Origin: Escherichia phage RB43
DNA: 64,000 nucleotides
Sequence record: NC_007023.1
Strand: one strand, 5' to 3'
In this document: positions 27,156 to 37,754 of the stretch, one piece after another
Layout: every line of letters begins with the position of its first letter
Numbering within the stretch: position 1 is the first letter of the stretch
Made by a program: the position numbers and the translations under genes
Notes under the pieces: generated by a model
Seen by the model: only the letters and a program-made list of their open reading frames with translations
Databases searched by the model: none
What the model was told of the DNA's origin: nothing

Positions 27156-28255
27156 GCCTCGCTTGTTTTGCTGTCGTCGTTAGTCGATGCCGCCACCTGT
27201 ACACATTCTAATGTTTGCAGGTGGAAATCTTTTGATACGTCACGAATACATTCAACAATCAAATATTTTCCCGCGTATTCGTCGCCTAATACTTCAATTA
27301 ATGCCCCCACTTTTACATCCATTCGACCTTGATTAATATCAAACTTAATCCGTTTTTCATAGCTGGACAGCAACTGACATTTAACCGCCTGGAATGGCTG
27401 GCCTTGTTTGTCTGGGTTCTGAAAGTTGGTATCATATACCGCGTTTCGGTTCATGGTGATCCACGCGTTCTCTATGTCTGTACTTGCGAGGATATCGCTA
27501 TACAGCTTTTTATCTGTCATTGAGAAGCTAAAGAAACTTGCATCACCTAATAATGTGGTGTTATCCTTATACGTAATGTATTCGCCTTTGGTAAACACCA
27601 GCGAATCACCTAAAAACGGGTTGCTCACGTTATACTTGTAAGCCTTGATCGGGGTTTGTGCAAGGATCTCCGTATTACTTTTCATAAAGATACCGGAACC
27701 ATCTTCCCACAAATAACAGAAGTCGGACGAATCAACGCTCTGACCATTATCCCTGATGTAATCAAACACGGTTTCATATGTCCCGCTTAAACATGCCGGA
27801 GGTATACGCACGTTTGATGCGTCAATCGTTGGGGTGATCAGTTTCTTATCGTTGTATAGTGCCGTCATGCACTCTGTAATCGTCTGTACGGCGTTATTAC
27901 TGAATGAACGGGAAAACTTACGACGAAACACCGTATGCACCGGAGAAAGGTTTAGGCGCAATATAGAGCGGTTCATATCATCCGTTTCTACGTTCGAATA
28001 CAGAACACCATAGTAATGCTGTTCCAACGTCTGATTATACTGGAAGGATACCTGTATGATCGGTTTCTCTGTCAACTGATAGATTAACTGGTTATCATAT
28101 ATCTGCATCAATGTTTCAGAAGTCCCGTTGATTATGGTCTTCTCACTCATTGAGACAAGGGCAGGTAGCAATTCAAGATAGACGTTATCAGCAAACTTTT
28201 CATATGTTGGATATAATTTAACCGATACGACACGGTTTATAACTTTATTGGACAT
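27152..28255 (-). CDS. 27: Baseplate hub subunit gp27
   Basis: 367 aa; pattern resembles T4 gp27; divergent from gp28 across TAAATA-containing late-promoter region. Confidence 0.65.
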   Translation of the reverse strand: MSNKVINRVVSVKLYPTYEKFADNVYLELLPALVSMSEKTIINGTSETLMQIYDNQLIYQLTEKPIIQVSFQYNQTLEQHYYGVLYSNVETDDMNRSILRLNLSPVHTVFRRKFSRSFSNNAVQTITECMTALYNDKKLITPTIDASNVRIPPACLSGTYETVFDYIRDNGQSVDSSDFCYLWEDGSGIFMKSNTEILAQTPIKAYKYNVSNPFLGDSLVFTKGEYITYKDNTTLLGDASFFSFSMTDKKLYSDILASTDIENAWITMNRNAVYDTNFQNPDKQGQPFQAVKCQLLSSYEKRIKFDINQGRMDVKVGALIEVLGDEYAGKYLIVECIRDVSKDFHLQTLECVQVAASTNDDSKTSEA

Positions 28256-28315
28256 TAGACATCCTCCCTTTATTCTATTTACTAAATAGTAAATATCGGG
28301 ATACTTGAGGCGATT

Positions 28316-28891
28316 ATGAAAAGAAAGAACACACTTGATAAATTTATGGTTACTCGTTTAAACATCAAGAACAGCAAGAACAAAACTGTTACCTTGCCTA
28401 CTGGTGAAGAAGTCACGATCCCGCGTCTGGGTTATCGTCATTTCACCCAGATTAAAGCAATGAAAGACCCTATGCAGTTACTTGATTATATCATCAACGA
28501 GATTAAACCACGCGATCTAACAGCAGCAGAAACCGAATTCCTTTTGATTCATTTGCACTATCATAACGATGATAAAGCAATGGAAGCATTGAAAGAGATC
28601 GGCATTAATCTTGATGATATGAAAATCAGTGAGGCTAAGTATGAATACACTTTCGATAACATCAAATTGGTATTCAATAAACCGACCCTGATGCTGGATG
28701 AACTTTCATTACTAATTAAAGAAGCATACGACAACGGGCAACCGATCGAGCTTACGGACGAAAACCGGATTCAATTAATTAACAGCCTGTATCGTTATGA
28801 ATATGACGAGGTAAAACGTGGCGTACTCCAGGAAGTATATATTGTGCATGAGGGGAAAACCATCAAAGGGCTTAACATCATCGGTGAATGA
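28316..28891 (+). CDS. 28: Baseplate hub distal subunit gp28 (putative)
   Basis: 191 aa ORF heading hub operon; called from size and synteny. Confidence 0.5.
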   Translation: MKRKNTLDKFMVTRLNIKNSKNKTVTLPTGEEVTIPRLGYRHFTQIKAMKDPMQLLDYIINEIKPRDLTAAETEFLLIHLHYHNDDKAMEALKEIGINLDDMKISEAKYEYTFDNIKLVFNKPTLMLDELSLLIKEAYDNGQPIELTDENRIQLINSLYRYEYDEVKRGVLQEVYIVHEGKTIKGLNIIGE

Positions 28892-30625
28892 TAATGGCTA
28901 AAAACCCATATTACAGCGACGAACAACGTCGCAGGATGCAAAATCCACAACAGCCACAACCCACCGTTCGTAAGATTAACGCAACGTTGGATAAGGCTTC
29001 AATGAACGAATTGAAGGACATCAACAATAACACTCTTGAAACCGCGCTGAATACGCTGGATATCAAAGAGGGTATGAAGTCCTTTGAAGATAGATTTAAA
29101 GACAAATTTGCAGGGTTTAAAGAGCAATTCGAACAGGATCAGGAACCTCTTGCAGAACAGTTACCTGATTTTGTCGGCCCCGCACGACCTGCATCACTGA
29201 CAGACAACAGCACAACCACTGTTGACAATTCCGTTAGTGTAAGAAACCATCCGTTTAGCAAGCTGGAAGAACATACAGGCACTATTGCAGAAGCGATAAC
29301 ATCGTTTATCGCTCTTGCAAGCAAGAAGCCGGAACCAGCACCTGAACCGGAACCCGTGCCGGAAGAAGAACCAGAAGTTGATAAGACGAAGAAGAAAATT
29401 CGTGATAAAGACAAAGACGAGAAGAAATTCAGTAAACGTGTATTAGCATTGCTTGATTCAATCAAAAACAATACATCAGGGATACTGTCTCGCTTTATTG
29501 GTTATTCACTCGAAGCACTGGCTAAATTCGCTAAGTGGACATTGATTATTGGTAGCATTGTATTCGCGATCGACGTTCTGGCTAAGGTTGTTCAGAAGTG
29601 GTTCCAGGATATTCTAAGCGAGGGTGAAGCCTCGAAAGAATTGTTCGGATCATATTTCAAGAACATCAAAACACTTGCTGAAAAAATCAATGATGGTCTG
29701 GAAAACTTCGATATGAGCAATCTGGGCGACTCACTGAAAAATCTCTTTTTGGAACCGTTCAAAGTTCTGGGTGATACGATTAAAACCGCTATCACTGAGG
29801 GTATCGGTAATCTGATTTACGCACTGGGTGAATATACCGGATCGGAAACCATTACTGATGCAGGGCGCGGAATGAAAGTATCTGCGTTGCGTGATAAACA
29901 GAAATATGGTTTAGAGATTGATCAGGATGACCTGATTATGCTCAAAGAGCAAGAAATTCAGGATCAGAAAGATAAGATTGTTGAAGCCCGTTCTCAACTT
30001 ACGGATCAGGTTAAAGCGACACAGGGCGCGTTCTCCTATAGTTTCGGGAAGCAGACAGACGCACAGAAAGCATTGTCTAAGCAACTCGAAGAAATGCGCG
30101 ATCGTGTTTCTCTGGAAGAACAGATCACGAAGGAGAAAGAAAAGGAACTCCAGATGCTGAAAGACAACCCTACTCTGTTAAAAGAGCAGGTGCAGAAGGA
30201 GAACACCGAGAACCGGAAACGTGTTGATGATTCTAAGCAGATCGAAGCAGCACAGCAGACAAGCTAAACCAAAAGCCGAAAGCGAGTTTGATCGAGGTGA
30301 AGAAATTTTGGGTAAAGACGATATCACCGCGAAAGATAAAGAGTTGATGGATAAGATCATGGAATCTCTTGAAGAGAAAAATGCTACCCAAAAACTCGAC
30401 GAAGACGATCGCGAAAAATATCGTGCGATGCTGGAACAATGGCAGAACAAGATTGCAGTAGTACCGGAAAGCAGCGCACCAATTGACAAGCAACCGGAAC
30501 CTGTGAGAGCACCAGTTGATGCAGTTGCTTCTAACAACGTCCAGGTAAACCAAAAAACAGTTAATAACATGGTACAACATTCAGTACAACGCACTGAACG
30601 TAAGCCATTGATTGCATTAGCATAA
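28888..30625 (+). CDS. 29: Baseplate hub / tail-length determinator gp29, apparently split into two overlapping frames
   Basis: 459-aa ORF (28888-30267) plus 134-aa continuation in +1 frame (30221-30625); sum about 590 aa equals T4 gp29; removing one A near 30258 fuses frames. Confidence 0.6.
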
Positions 30626-30636
30626 GGGAAATTTAC

Positions 30637-31722
30637 ATGAAAATCAAAGTATTACAAGACACTGTGCAATCATTTGCTGAAATAAAAAATGCTGGCATCC
30701 CCTCTGGGGGTGCTACAACCACGAAAAACGCATTGAGTCAACCTATTGTAACAGCGGAATTTCCTTCCCAACGTGCAGCAGGTATTGATAACGCGTACAA
30801 CGCATCAAGCCTGTATAATAACGGCTTGCTGTTTACTGCATATGATTTCACTGGTGGTCTTGCACCAGGTAGCAAAGATAACTATCGTTCATTACGTCAA
30901 GCAGCACAGAACGCAAAACAGATATTAAGCGCTAACACAGGTAATGTTCGATATAAACAGGTTTTGAATACCCGTACTATGGGTACATTGAACCCGATTT
31001 GTCAAATACTTTTACCTCGAAGCCTTAACGACAACGAAGTAAACAGCCACCGTTACCAGGATGCAACCGATAGTATCGTTGCTAAAGGTTTGTCCCGTGC
31101 GGTGTCTAACGTTATCTGGGGTGCTGTAGAATCGGTTTCTGGTGGTATTCTGGCAGACCGTAGGGAAGCGATCGATATTGGTACGAAAGCAGCGTTTCAA
31201 GGCTCCGATAAACGTACAAAGATGTATTACAATACATTCGTAATCGAAAGCCGTTATGATCTGCTTGAACTGATTAAAATCTATTACCTGTTTACTGTTC
31301 TGGGTTATGGTACTACGTCAGGTGGTACACCTGCTGAACTGGCTGGCCTTGTTAAAACGGCGTATAACAATACAGCGTCTAAAGTGGCTAACGTGTTTGC
31401 ACCATCCAGCAACCAGACAACAGCAAGCGATTTCAATGACAGTATCGGTGATCAGATTGTTGACTTCGTATCGAACGTTGAGGTTATTAAATCGCCTCCA
31501 GTATGGTTTATTCGTGATTTCCAGACAGGTGACAGTCTACGCTTCCCGCATTCTACATTCGGGCCAGCAGGTATTACCAGCGTTCGTTTCGGGCGTACTA
31601 TGGATAATATCGTAAATACATTAAGAGAGTCACCCAATACACCGATATCCGTTGAAATCGAAATTCAGTTTATGGAATTGATCGACATGCGTCAAGATTC
31701 TATTTTCGATGTTCAATACTAG
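30637..31722 (+). CDS. 48: Baseplate tail-tube junction protein gp48
   Basis: 361 aa (T4 gp48 364 aa); position between 29 and 54. Confidence 0.7.
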   Translation: MKIKVLQDTVQSFAEIKNAGIPSGGATTTKNALSQPIVTAEFPSQRAAGIDNAYNASSLYNNGLLFTAYDFTGGLAPGSKDNYRSLRQAAQNAKQILSANTGNVRYKQVLNTRTMGTLNPICQILLPRSLNDNEVNSHRYQDATDSIVAKGLSRAVSNVIWGAVESVSGGILADRREAIDIGTKAAFQGSDKRTKMYYNTFVIESRYDLLELIKIYYLFTVLGYGTTSGGTPAELAGLVKTAYNNTASKVANVFAPSSNQTTASDFNDSIGDQIVDFVSNVEVIKSPPVWFIRDFQTGDSLRFPHSTFGPAGITSVRFGRTMDNIVNTLRESPNTPISVEIEIQFMELIDMRQDSIFDVQY

Positions 31723-31730
31723 GGGGAATA

Positions 31731-32594
31731 ATGTTTTATAGCGTAGATGAATTCTTATCTGGAATGGCAAACAAAGATTTTCAACGCAGCAACTTGTTTA
31801 GCGTTGTGTTCGCCACGAGTCCAGCATCACGCATTCTTGATAGCACGATCGGAAGTATTCGAGATACGTTGATTGACGGCACAATGAGTTCAATCAACGC
31901 GAACAACCCGAACGAGTTCATGAACGCTATCACAGGGGGTGTAAGCAAATTATTCAGCTATACAGTTGATAAAGCGATTATGTCCCTCAACAAAACAGGA
32001 TTCAGTAAAATTATGGGGGCGTTAAGCCCTCGCCTTGTTACTTCCCTGTTTGGTGATAGCGTTTACGGACAACTGTTGACAGAATTCCGTGATAAAATGA
32101 TGTACAATATGGGGTTGAGTATCGTCGGTGTTCAGTTGCCCGGTAAAACACTGGGATATGAATATGTTTATAACGGCGGTGTACCCCAGATCCGATTTAC
32201 CCGACCGGAGAATGGAGAGCTATCTCTTACATTCCGTGTTGATTCAGAAGCACGTAACCTGAAAGTGTTTAACGAATGGATATCCGCTATTCGTGATGAC
32301 ATTACAGGGCAGTTTGCTTTCATTGATGAAGTATCCAGCGCGATCCAGGTTAACTTACATAACCGTGATGGTGTTCCGCATAGCACATACATATTCCAGA
32401 AGTGTTTACCTGTTAAGGTCAGCAGCCCTGAATTAAGCTATGAAACAAACAACGAAATCTGGACATTTACGGTTGACTTCGCATATAAAACTGCGTGGAT
32501 CGTAGAAGCAGACAAAGAAGGTTGGGACGGATTCAAACAATCAATGATTGAAGGTGCAGCGGTTGCCCTTCGTGGTGTGGTATCAGGACAATAA
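31731..32594 (+). CDS. 54: Baseplate tail-tube initiator gp54
   Basis: FQRSNLFSVVFATSP..., LSLTFRVDSEARN, VNLHNRDGVPHS, SSPELSYE align with T4 gp54. Confidence 0.85.
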   Translation: MFYSVDEFLSGMANKDFQRSNLFSVVFATSPASRILDSTIGSIRDTLIDGTMSSINANNPNEFMNAITGGVSKLFSYTVDKAIMSLNKTGFSKIMGALSPRLVTSLFGDSVYGQLLTEFRDKMMYNMGLSIVGVQLPGKTLGYEYVYNGGVPQIRFTRPENGELSLTFRVDSEARNLKVFNEWISAIRDDITGQFAFIDEVSSAIQVNLHNRDGVPHSTYIFQKCLPVKVSSPELSYETNNEIWTFTVDFAYKTAWIVEADKEGWDGFKQSMIEGAAVALRGVVSGQ

Positions 32595-32612
32595 GGGGCG
32601 TAAGCCCCTTTT
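32595..32612 (+). terminator. Rho-independent terminator
   Basis: GGGGCGTAAGCCCC hairpin followed by TTTT. Confidence 0.6.
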
Positions 32613-32621
32613 GAGGTTAAT

Positions 32622-33365
32622 ATGATTGATGTAATTCGCGTCAAACTCCCTTGTGGGGTAAAACGTTTTCCGATGTTCACTGTACGCGATCAGTTGAGTT
32701 TCTTGCTCACCAGCGCGGATATGGAAGGGAAAACATTAACAGAACAGCAGCAGATCCTTGATGAAATTTTAGATATTCTTTATCCGGGTTATTCAAAAAC
32801 CGAACAGGAAAATATATTCACTAAGGTTTATTGTGTATCGTTTGGTAAGAACGTCATTAAGATCCGAATCAAAAACAAAGACAGTTACGCAGAAACATTC
32901 ATGCAGGTCAAAGACTATGAATTGCAGAATGAATATGCTCTTGATGATTCTCTGACCCTGGGGTTCCGGTTCCCAAAACACAGAAAGAGCAGTGAAGAAT
33001 TGTTCCTTGAATGTATCCAGTATGTCAAGCAAAATGATACCCGTTATGAATGGGAATCACTCGACGAAGACACGAAGAATGCTATACTTGATTTGGTATC
33101 TATCACCGATATGGAAAACATTGTGAAGATGTTACGTAAATCCTGTCATGTTGTCGTTCGCGACCTTGAATTCAGTGATTTGCTTACCCTTTACAAGATC
33201 CTGTTTAACAAATCAGAATTGAATGAGTTCTTCAAGACAAACTATTTGTTAAATAAGAATGAAGTACATATTGAACCTATCATGAATGCAAGCCCGATGG
33301 AACGGTCAATTTACGTTGCAATACTGGCAGAAGATTTAAAACAGAGACAAAATACAAATGCGTAA
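32622..33365 (+). CDS. 51: Baseplate hub assembly protein gp51 (putative)
   Basis: 247 aa (T4 gp51 249 aa); called from size and neighbourhood. Confidence 0.45.
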   Translation: MIDVIRVKLPCGVKRFPMFTVRDQLSFLLTSADMEGKTLTEQQQILDEILDILYPGYSKTEQENIFTKVYCVSFGKNVIKIRIKNKDSYAETFMQVKDYELQNEYALDDSLTLGFRFPKHRKSSEELFLECIQYVKQNDTRYEWESLDEDTKNAILDLVSITDMENIVKMLRKSCHVVVRDLEFSDLLTLYKILFNKSELNEFFKTNYLLNKNEVHIEPIMNASPMERSIYVAILAEDLKQRQNTNA

Positions 33366-33915
33366 ACATACTCCAAAGCATATCCAAAAATATAATGTGA
33401 CTTATCGCCCGTTGACTATTGGTGATGTGAATGACACGGATAACTTCATTTTAGAAGGGAAGGTGTTTAAGCATCAACGCGATTATGTGTATCTTATGGC
33501 CTTGTTTGATTCAATCAATAAAGATACTGTCGACCTACAAATCAAGTGTCCTGATTGCGGTGAACTGATTAAGTTCACGTTAAACCGTCATCATATCATG
33601 ATTGACGAGTTCGAAGAAAAACTCTTCGGTAATGAAATTAAAATTGCGGTCAGCCCGTATGTTACCGGAAAAGAAGAATTACCGGATCTGATTAAGTTTG
33701 TTGTCATCGACGGCGAACAAATCTTATGGGAAGACTGCAAAGAGTCAGAAAAGGAAGCGGTGTTAGATAGCATCGACTATCCGGTCTTTAAATCGATAAA
33801 TACCGCGCTGGAATCCCCAGCAATGGTCGCAAACATTCCGGTCGGGTGTTCGTGTGGCTATAAACACATAGTCTCTCTGCGTGGCTTAGAGGCGTTTTTA
33901 AAGGTGGTTGGATAA
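33358..33915 (+). CDS. 26: Baseplate hub subunit gp26 (putative), zinc-ribbon containing
   Basis: 185 aa with CPDCG...CSCGYKH cysteine pairs; adjacent to gp25. Confidence 0.45.
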   Translation: MRKHTPKHIQKYNVTYRPLTIGDVNDTDNFILEGKVFKHQRDYVYLMALFDSINKDTVDLQIKCPDCGELIKFTLNRHHIMIDEFEEKLFGNEIKIAVSPYVTGKEELPDLIKFVVIDGEQILWEDCKESEKEAVLDSIDYPVFKSINTALESPAMVANIPVGCSCGYKHIVSLRGLEAFLKVVG

Positions 33916-34308
33916 ATGGCTGTTAACCTTCGCTTACTATACAGCGATATCGATCCGAACCTTACGAAAGATTGGAATAAAGATGTTGCCGCCTCGAAAG
34001 GGGCGGCAGCAGTAAAGAACAGTCTGATCGGTATCGTTACTACCCAGAAAGGCACACGTCCTTTCGATAGCAATTTTGGATGTGAGATCGGGGAACAGAT
34101 ATTCGAAAACATGAACCCGCTAACAGCGGAATCAGTACGAACTTCGATTACCTCCGCAATACGAACCTACGAACCCCGCGTTTATAACCTTAATGTTGAA
34201 GTGATCCCGCAGTATGACGAAAACGCGATTACTGTTACGATTTACTACAGCATCATTGATGAACCGGAAGAAGTAGAAAAAATCAAACTCCAGCTTTCAT
34301 CCTCATAA
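33916..34308 (+). CDS. 25: Baseplate wedge subunit gp25
   Basis: LYSDIDPNLTKDWNKDV...GTRPFDSNFGCEIGEQIFENMNPLTAESV...YEPRV...IKLQLSSS near-collinear with T4 gp25. Confidence 0.9.
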   Translation: MAVNLRLLYSDIDPNLTKDWNKDVAASKGAAAVKNSLIGIVTTQKGTRPFDSNFGCEIGEQIFENMNPLTAESVRTSITSAIRTYEPRVYNLNVEVIPQYDENAITVTIYYSIIDEPEEVEKIKLQLSSS

Positions 34309-34310
34309 CA

Positions 34311-34333
34311 AAAAGCCCCTTTCGGGGCTTTTC
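34311..34333. terminator. Bidirectional terminator at strand switch
   Basis: AAAAAGCCCCTTTCGGGGCTTTT flanked by A-run and T-run between convergent genes. Confidence 0.7.
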
Positions 34334-34831
34334 TTATTCCATCACGATCCAGCCCATTAGCTGTTGATATCGCAATTCGAACGGGGTGATGAAAGAGCGG
34401 TTATTGATAACCTTCGTCCCGTTGTAGGACTTAATCACTTCCTCACCACGAAGCACATATTCGTATACTTCGTCCATAGTGTCGTAACGCACTTCTTCGA
34501 CTTCGAAGCAGAAGTTGGAATACTCAATCATCCCAATCTTGTTCGCGTAACGGCGTTCGATACAACCCTGTTTTTCAACCAGAGTGATCGCAGTATCAAT
34601 GAACTGCGCAAGTGCTTGCATGAAATTACCACATTCGACTTCACGCCCCCCGCTTGAGATAGCCAGATAAACGCGGCTCAATCCATCATTGCCGATGTAA
34701 CCGATGCAATCACCACCAATGTTAACAGACCACACTTTGCCAATCGGCCCCATACCCATTCTGTTTTCACTGCGAGAAACACCTTTCAGTAACAGTGCCA
34801 TGATGCCGCCGCGAACGTAATTCATTTTCAT
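34334..34831 (-). CDS. hypothetical protein (165 aa)
   Basis: First ORF of the minus-strand block. Confidence 0.55.
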   Translation of the reverse strand: MKMNYVRGGIMALLLKGVSRSENRMGMGPIGKVWSVNIGGDCIGYIGNDGLSRVYLAISSGGREVECGNFMQALAQFIDTAITLVEKQGCIERRYANKIGMIEYSNFCFEVEEVRYDTMDEVYEYVLRGEEVIKSYNGTKVINNRSFITPFELRYQQLMGWIVME

Positions 34832-34841
34832 GATAAGCCCC

Positions 34842-35072
34842 TTATTTTTTCAGGTTGATTAACCAAGACGGTTGGGTTTCTAAACTAACCTCTTTCCAAG
34901 CATATGCAACACTATAACCGGAATACGTCTGACATACAACAGCATTTTCATTTAAATATTTCACTTTGTGATCTGCCTCTTGTTCATTCAGGGCAGCACA
35001 TACGATATTCTTTTCATACACTCCGCCGTTTGGCTGGATAATTGTTTCTTCAATCAGATAAACGCTGTTCAT
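34842..35072 (-). CDS. hypothetical protein (76 aa)
   Basis: ORF. Confidence 0.5.
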   Translation of the reverse strand: MNSVYLIEETIIQPNGGVYEKNIVCAALNEQEADHKVKYLNENAVVCQTYSGYSVAYAWKEVSLETQPSWLINLKK

Positions 35073-35281
35073 GCTAATTCCTTCTCGATTGCTTCGATGA
35101 TGTGGAGAACATAACCATTCAATCTTTCGGCTTGTTCAGCGGCTTCGATCATACCGTAACGAGGAACTTCTAAAACGTCGAAACCTTCGATCGGGTTGCT
35201 TTCGATATCAACGATGATATAGCTTTCACCGATCACAGCACCTTTTCTCCAGTCTTTTACGAATTTCATTTTAGCGTTCAT
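35069..35281 (-). CDS. hypothetical acidic protein (70 aa)
   Basis: ORF downstream of conserved promoter cassette. Confidence 0.5.
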   Translation of the reverse strand: MNAKMKFVKDWRKGAVIGESYIIVDIESNPIEGFDVLEVPRYGMIEAAEQAERLNGYVLHIIEAIEKELA

Positions 35282-35319
35282 TTTCTCGTTCCTTTTGTCT
35301 GTTCCGTTTCAACACCCCT

Positions 35320-35348
35320 AATATACAAAAACCCCTCGCGATATGCAA
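35320..35348 (-). promoter_or_regulatory. Conserved promoter cassette (TTGCAT-N17-TATATT)
   Basis: Minus-strand CCCCCTTGCATATCGCGAGGGGTTTTTGTATATT then leader GTTGAAACGGAACAGACAAAAGGAAC. Confidence 0.55.
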
Positions 35349-35360
35349 GGGGGTTTTCGA

Positions 35361-35753
35361 TTAATTAAACTTATTGTACAGCATGAAGTTTACACCGATT
35401 GAACTTAGGGAGGTACAAGCTCGTTCCAGGTCGTCCGCTTCAATTTCGATAACGAATTTCGTTCGTATTAAAGCTGGCGCGACTTCTTCGACAGAAGGTG
35501 TAGTGACTTCTACGACAGGTTTATATACGTTCTTATCATGATCAGGAACATCATCGAGATACTTCAACATTTGATTGATGTATCGTTTATCTGAGTATAC
35601 AAACCGCTTCGCATTCGTCAGAAGAGAACGCATTTTAGAGCGGGTTGTAACTTTTGTACTTTCTTTGTATCCGCTACTTTCGGTGTTAAGAAAGTTTGGA
35701 TTGCTATCCAGCATAATGATAGACGCTAGATTGTTTTTGTGGAAGTATCCCAC
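35361..35753 (-). CDS. hypothetical protein (130 aa)
   Basis: ORF. Confidence 0.5.
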   Translation of the reverse strand: MGYFHKNNLASIIMLDSNPNFLNTESSGYKESTKVTTRSKMRSLLTNAKRFVYSDKRYINQMLKYLDDVPDHDKNVYKPVVEVTTPSVEEVAPALIRTKFVIEIEADDLERACTSLSSIGVNFMLYNKFN

Positions 35754-36004
35754 GAGTTCATTACGAGACTGAGAGAAACAAGCACATAAGCCTCTTCACC
35801 TACCAGATACATTTGTATATGTACTGGCGCTGTAAACATTTTGTTTATGATTTTATGGAATCGAGTGTTTTCCGATAAACTGCGTTGTCTTGTATAACTT
35901 TTGAAAATGTTATCTTTGACAATGGTCGCCATCGTTTCGATGTGGTTTAGCGATTTCCCAAGTAACGGGTTCAGAAAAACTTCTTTTTTCGGTACATAAG
36001 CCAT
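35726..36004 (-). CDS. hypothetical protein (92 aa)
   Basis: ORF. Confidence 0.45.
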   Translation of the reverse strand: MAYVPKKEVFLNPLLGKSLNHIETMATIVKDNIFKSYTRQRSLSENTRFHKIINKMFTAPVHIQMYLVGEEAYVLVSLSLVMNSWDTSTKTI

Positions 36005-36020
36005 ATTTCAAATTCTCTTT

Positions 36021-36311
36021 TTAGTGCATGAAAGATTTAACGTACTTCAATATTTCTTCACGACATGTGTCAACGCTTGTGTTTTCGGCAATCATAGCAT
36101 GACAAAGTATCTCACCGTCAAGCCAAAACGTCAGCATGTATTGAATATCACGACCTTCTGTTGCTTCCTGATGATACTTGATTTTCGCGAAAGCAGTTTC
36201 GATACTTTCGGTTACTGTCAACATTTCGGAATCACCATCTACAGCAGCCATTTCCCCAGCTTCTTCGCTGAATTCGCTTTCCAGTTCTTCCCAGTATACT
36301 ATCGTTATCAT
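36021..36311 (-). CDS. hypothetical acidic protein (96 aa)
   Basis: ORF. Confidence 0.5.
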   Translation of the reverse strand: MITIVYWEELESEFSEEAGEMAAVDGDSEMLTVTESIETAFAKIKYHQEATEGRDIQYMLTFWLDGEILCHAMIAENTSVDTCREEILKYVKSFMH

Positions 36312-36444
36312 TGATTACCCCAAACATACTTTACATTTGCATAAAGGGCATTCAGCCTCTTTGATGCGTAGACGTTTCGTTGTTGTCTTCTTCTCCGTAT
36401 TGTGATCATATACATGAAGACAACGGAAGCAGATCACCCAACGT

Positions 36445-36912
36445 TTATCCGTCATAACCGCCACCGCACTTAACCTCACCTTCAATGAACAGTTCGCGGT
36501 TGTCTCTCAAAAGATTGTATTTCTTTTCGAGTTCCGGCCCGAATGCGTCAGCGTCTTCATAATAGCTATAATTATAACAACCGCATTCATCATCCCATTC
36601 AGGTTCATCACCGCGTTCGTTGAAGTGTACGACTTTGAGATCGTCAACTCCAGACTCTTTCATTTTATCCCAGATATACCGGATGTCAACGCTATGGTAA
36701 CTGAATGCTTCAAGGGTGATGTTATCACCATCGATTTGAGGGATACCCCATTTAGGACGTTGGTCATCGGTGATGATATCAAGCAAAGATTCTACGTTTT
36801 CGTGTCCGTAAATCTTCGCGACCTCTTCCTCTTTACCAGGACGAACAAGCCCGATCCCGATAATAAAGCTACTGCTTGAACTGTTACTTACAAAACCAGA
36901 ACGGATCTTCAT
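36445..36912 (-). CDS. Acidic protein, paralog A of MKIRSGFVSNSSSSSF family (155 aa)
   Basis: First 16 residues identical to ORF 40362-40844; Glu/Asp/Tyr/Cys-rich remainder. Confidence 0.6.
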   Translation of the reverse strand: MKIRSGFVSNSSSSSFIIGIGLVRPGKEEEVAKIYGHENVESLLDIITDDQRPKWGIPQIDGDNITLEAFSYHSVDIRYIWDKMKESGVDDLKVVHFNERGDEPEWDDECGCYNYSYYEDADAFGPELEKKYNLLRDNRELFIEGEVKCGGGYDG

Positions 36913-37100
36913 CGTCTTGCCTCATATTTCGCGTTCTCCGCGATTTTTTCTTGATAGATGTTATATGACATTACCAGAGGCGCAATCGCCACGATAAGCC
37001 CTATAAAGCACACAGAGAACTCACGTTTATTGAAAGCCAGGAACGCAATTGCGCTCCCGACTACAAACACACCTAATGCCAGTAAGAAGAATAGCGTCAT
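36909..37100 (-). CDS. small membrane protein (63 aa)
   Basis: Two hydrophobic helices. Confidence 0.45.
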   Translation of the reverse strand: MTLFFLLALGVFVVGSAIAFLAFNKREFSVCFIGLIVAIAPLVMSYNIYQEKIAENAKYEARR

Positions 37101-37714
37101 TTCGGCAACGTGTCCATTTTGCGTGATTTTTCCAACAGGGTGTTGATTACCGTATCCATCGCCTGTTCTGTATCACCATCATGATAGATGATCGCGGTTT
37201 GATGCAAACCTTTCACCAGACGATTAATAATGTACGCCATTTCGGTCGGTAACAGTTTACCCGTTTCGTTGAATTTTTCAAACAGTTTGAACAGTTCTTC
37301 ATTATTCCCTTTCTTACTGAAATTGAAATCGTGCATACCAGACAGAAGACCATCCAGATACAGAACTGTTTTGTTATCAGAGCGGAGGTGTCCACCGATT
37401 TTGTAGTAGTTGCTGAAAACGTATGGCGCTTCACGAACATCATTGATTTCGAAACCAGCATCATCGATATTGCCTACGTGGGAGAAGAAATCCGCATCGT
37501 TATCGAACAGGTTGATCGCGCCTTTCTTGTACGGGAAGCCAGCCAGGTTAATGACTCCCTTTTCATACGCATCATCGTTATCAACGACAACGTATTCAGG
37601 AAGCATAGGGGCATACGGTTTGTTTTTGTCGTGGTTTTCGCGATACGCTAAAGGTTCAGCCAGATAGAGGATATCGCCTTGTTTGACTTCATCCCAAAAG
37701 ATATTACGTGACAT
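37097..37714 (-). CDS. hypothetical protein (about 205 aa)
   Basis: ATG(rc) 37714 with GAGGAA RBS just after hairpin following vWA gene. Confidence 0.5.
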   Translation of the reverse strand: MSRNIFWDEVKQGDILYLAEPLAYRENHDKNKPYAPMLPEYVVVDNDDAYEKGVINLAGFPYKKGAINLFDNDADFFSHVGNIDDAGFEINDVREAPYVFSNYYKIGGHLRSDNKTVLYLDGLLSGMHDFNFSKKGNNEELFKLFEKFNETGKLLPTEMAYIINRLVKGLHQTAIIYHDGDTEQAMDTVINTLLEKSRKMDTLPK

Positions 37715-37754
37715 ATTAAATTCCTCAATATGCCCCCTTTCGGGGGCTATTTCA

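Noticed and set aside
29320-29370. PEPAPEPEPVPEEEPE low-complexity tract as a repeat element
   Set aside because: Lies inside the gp29 coding frame; a coding linker typical of tape-measure/hub proteins
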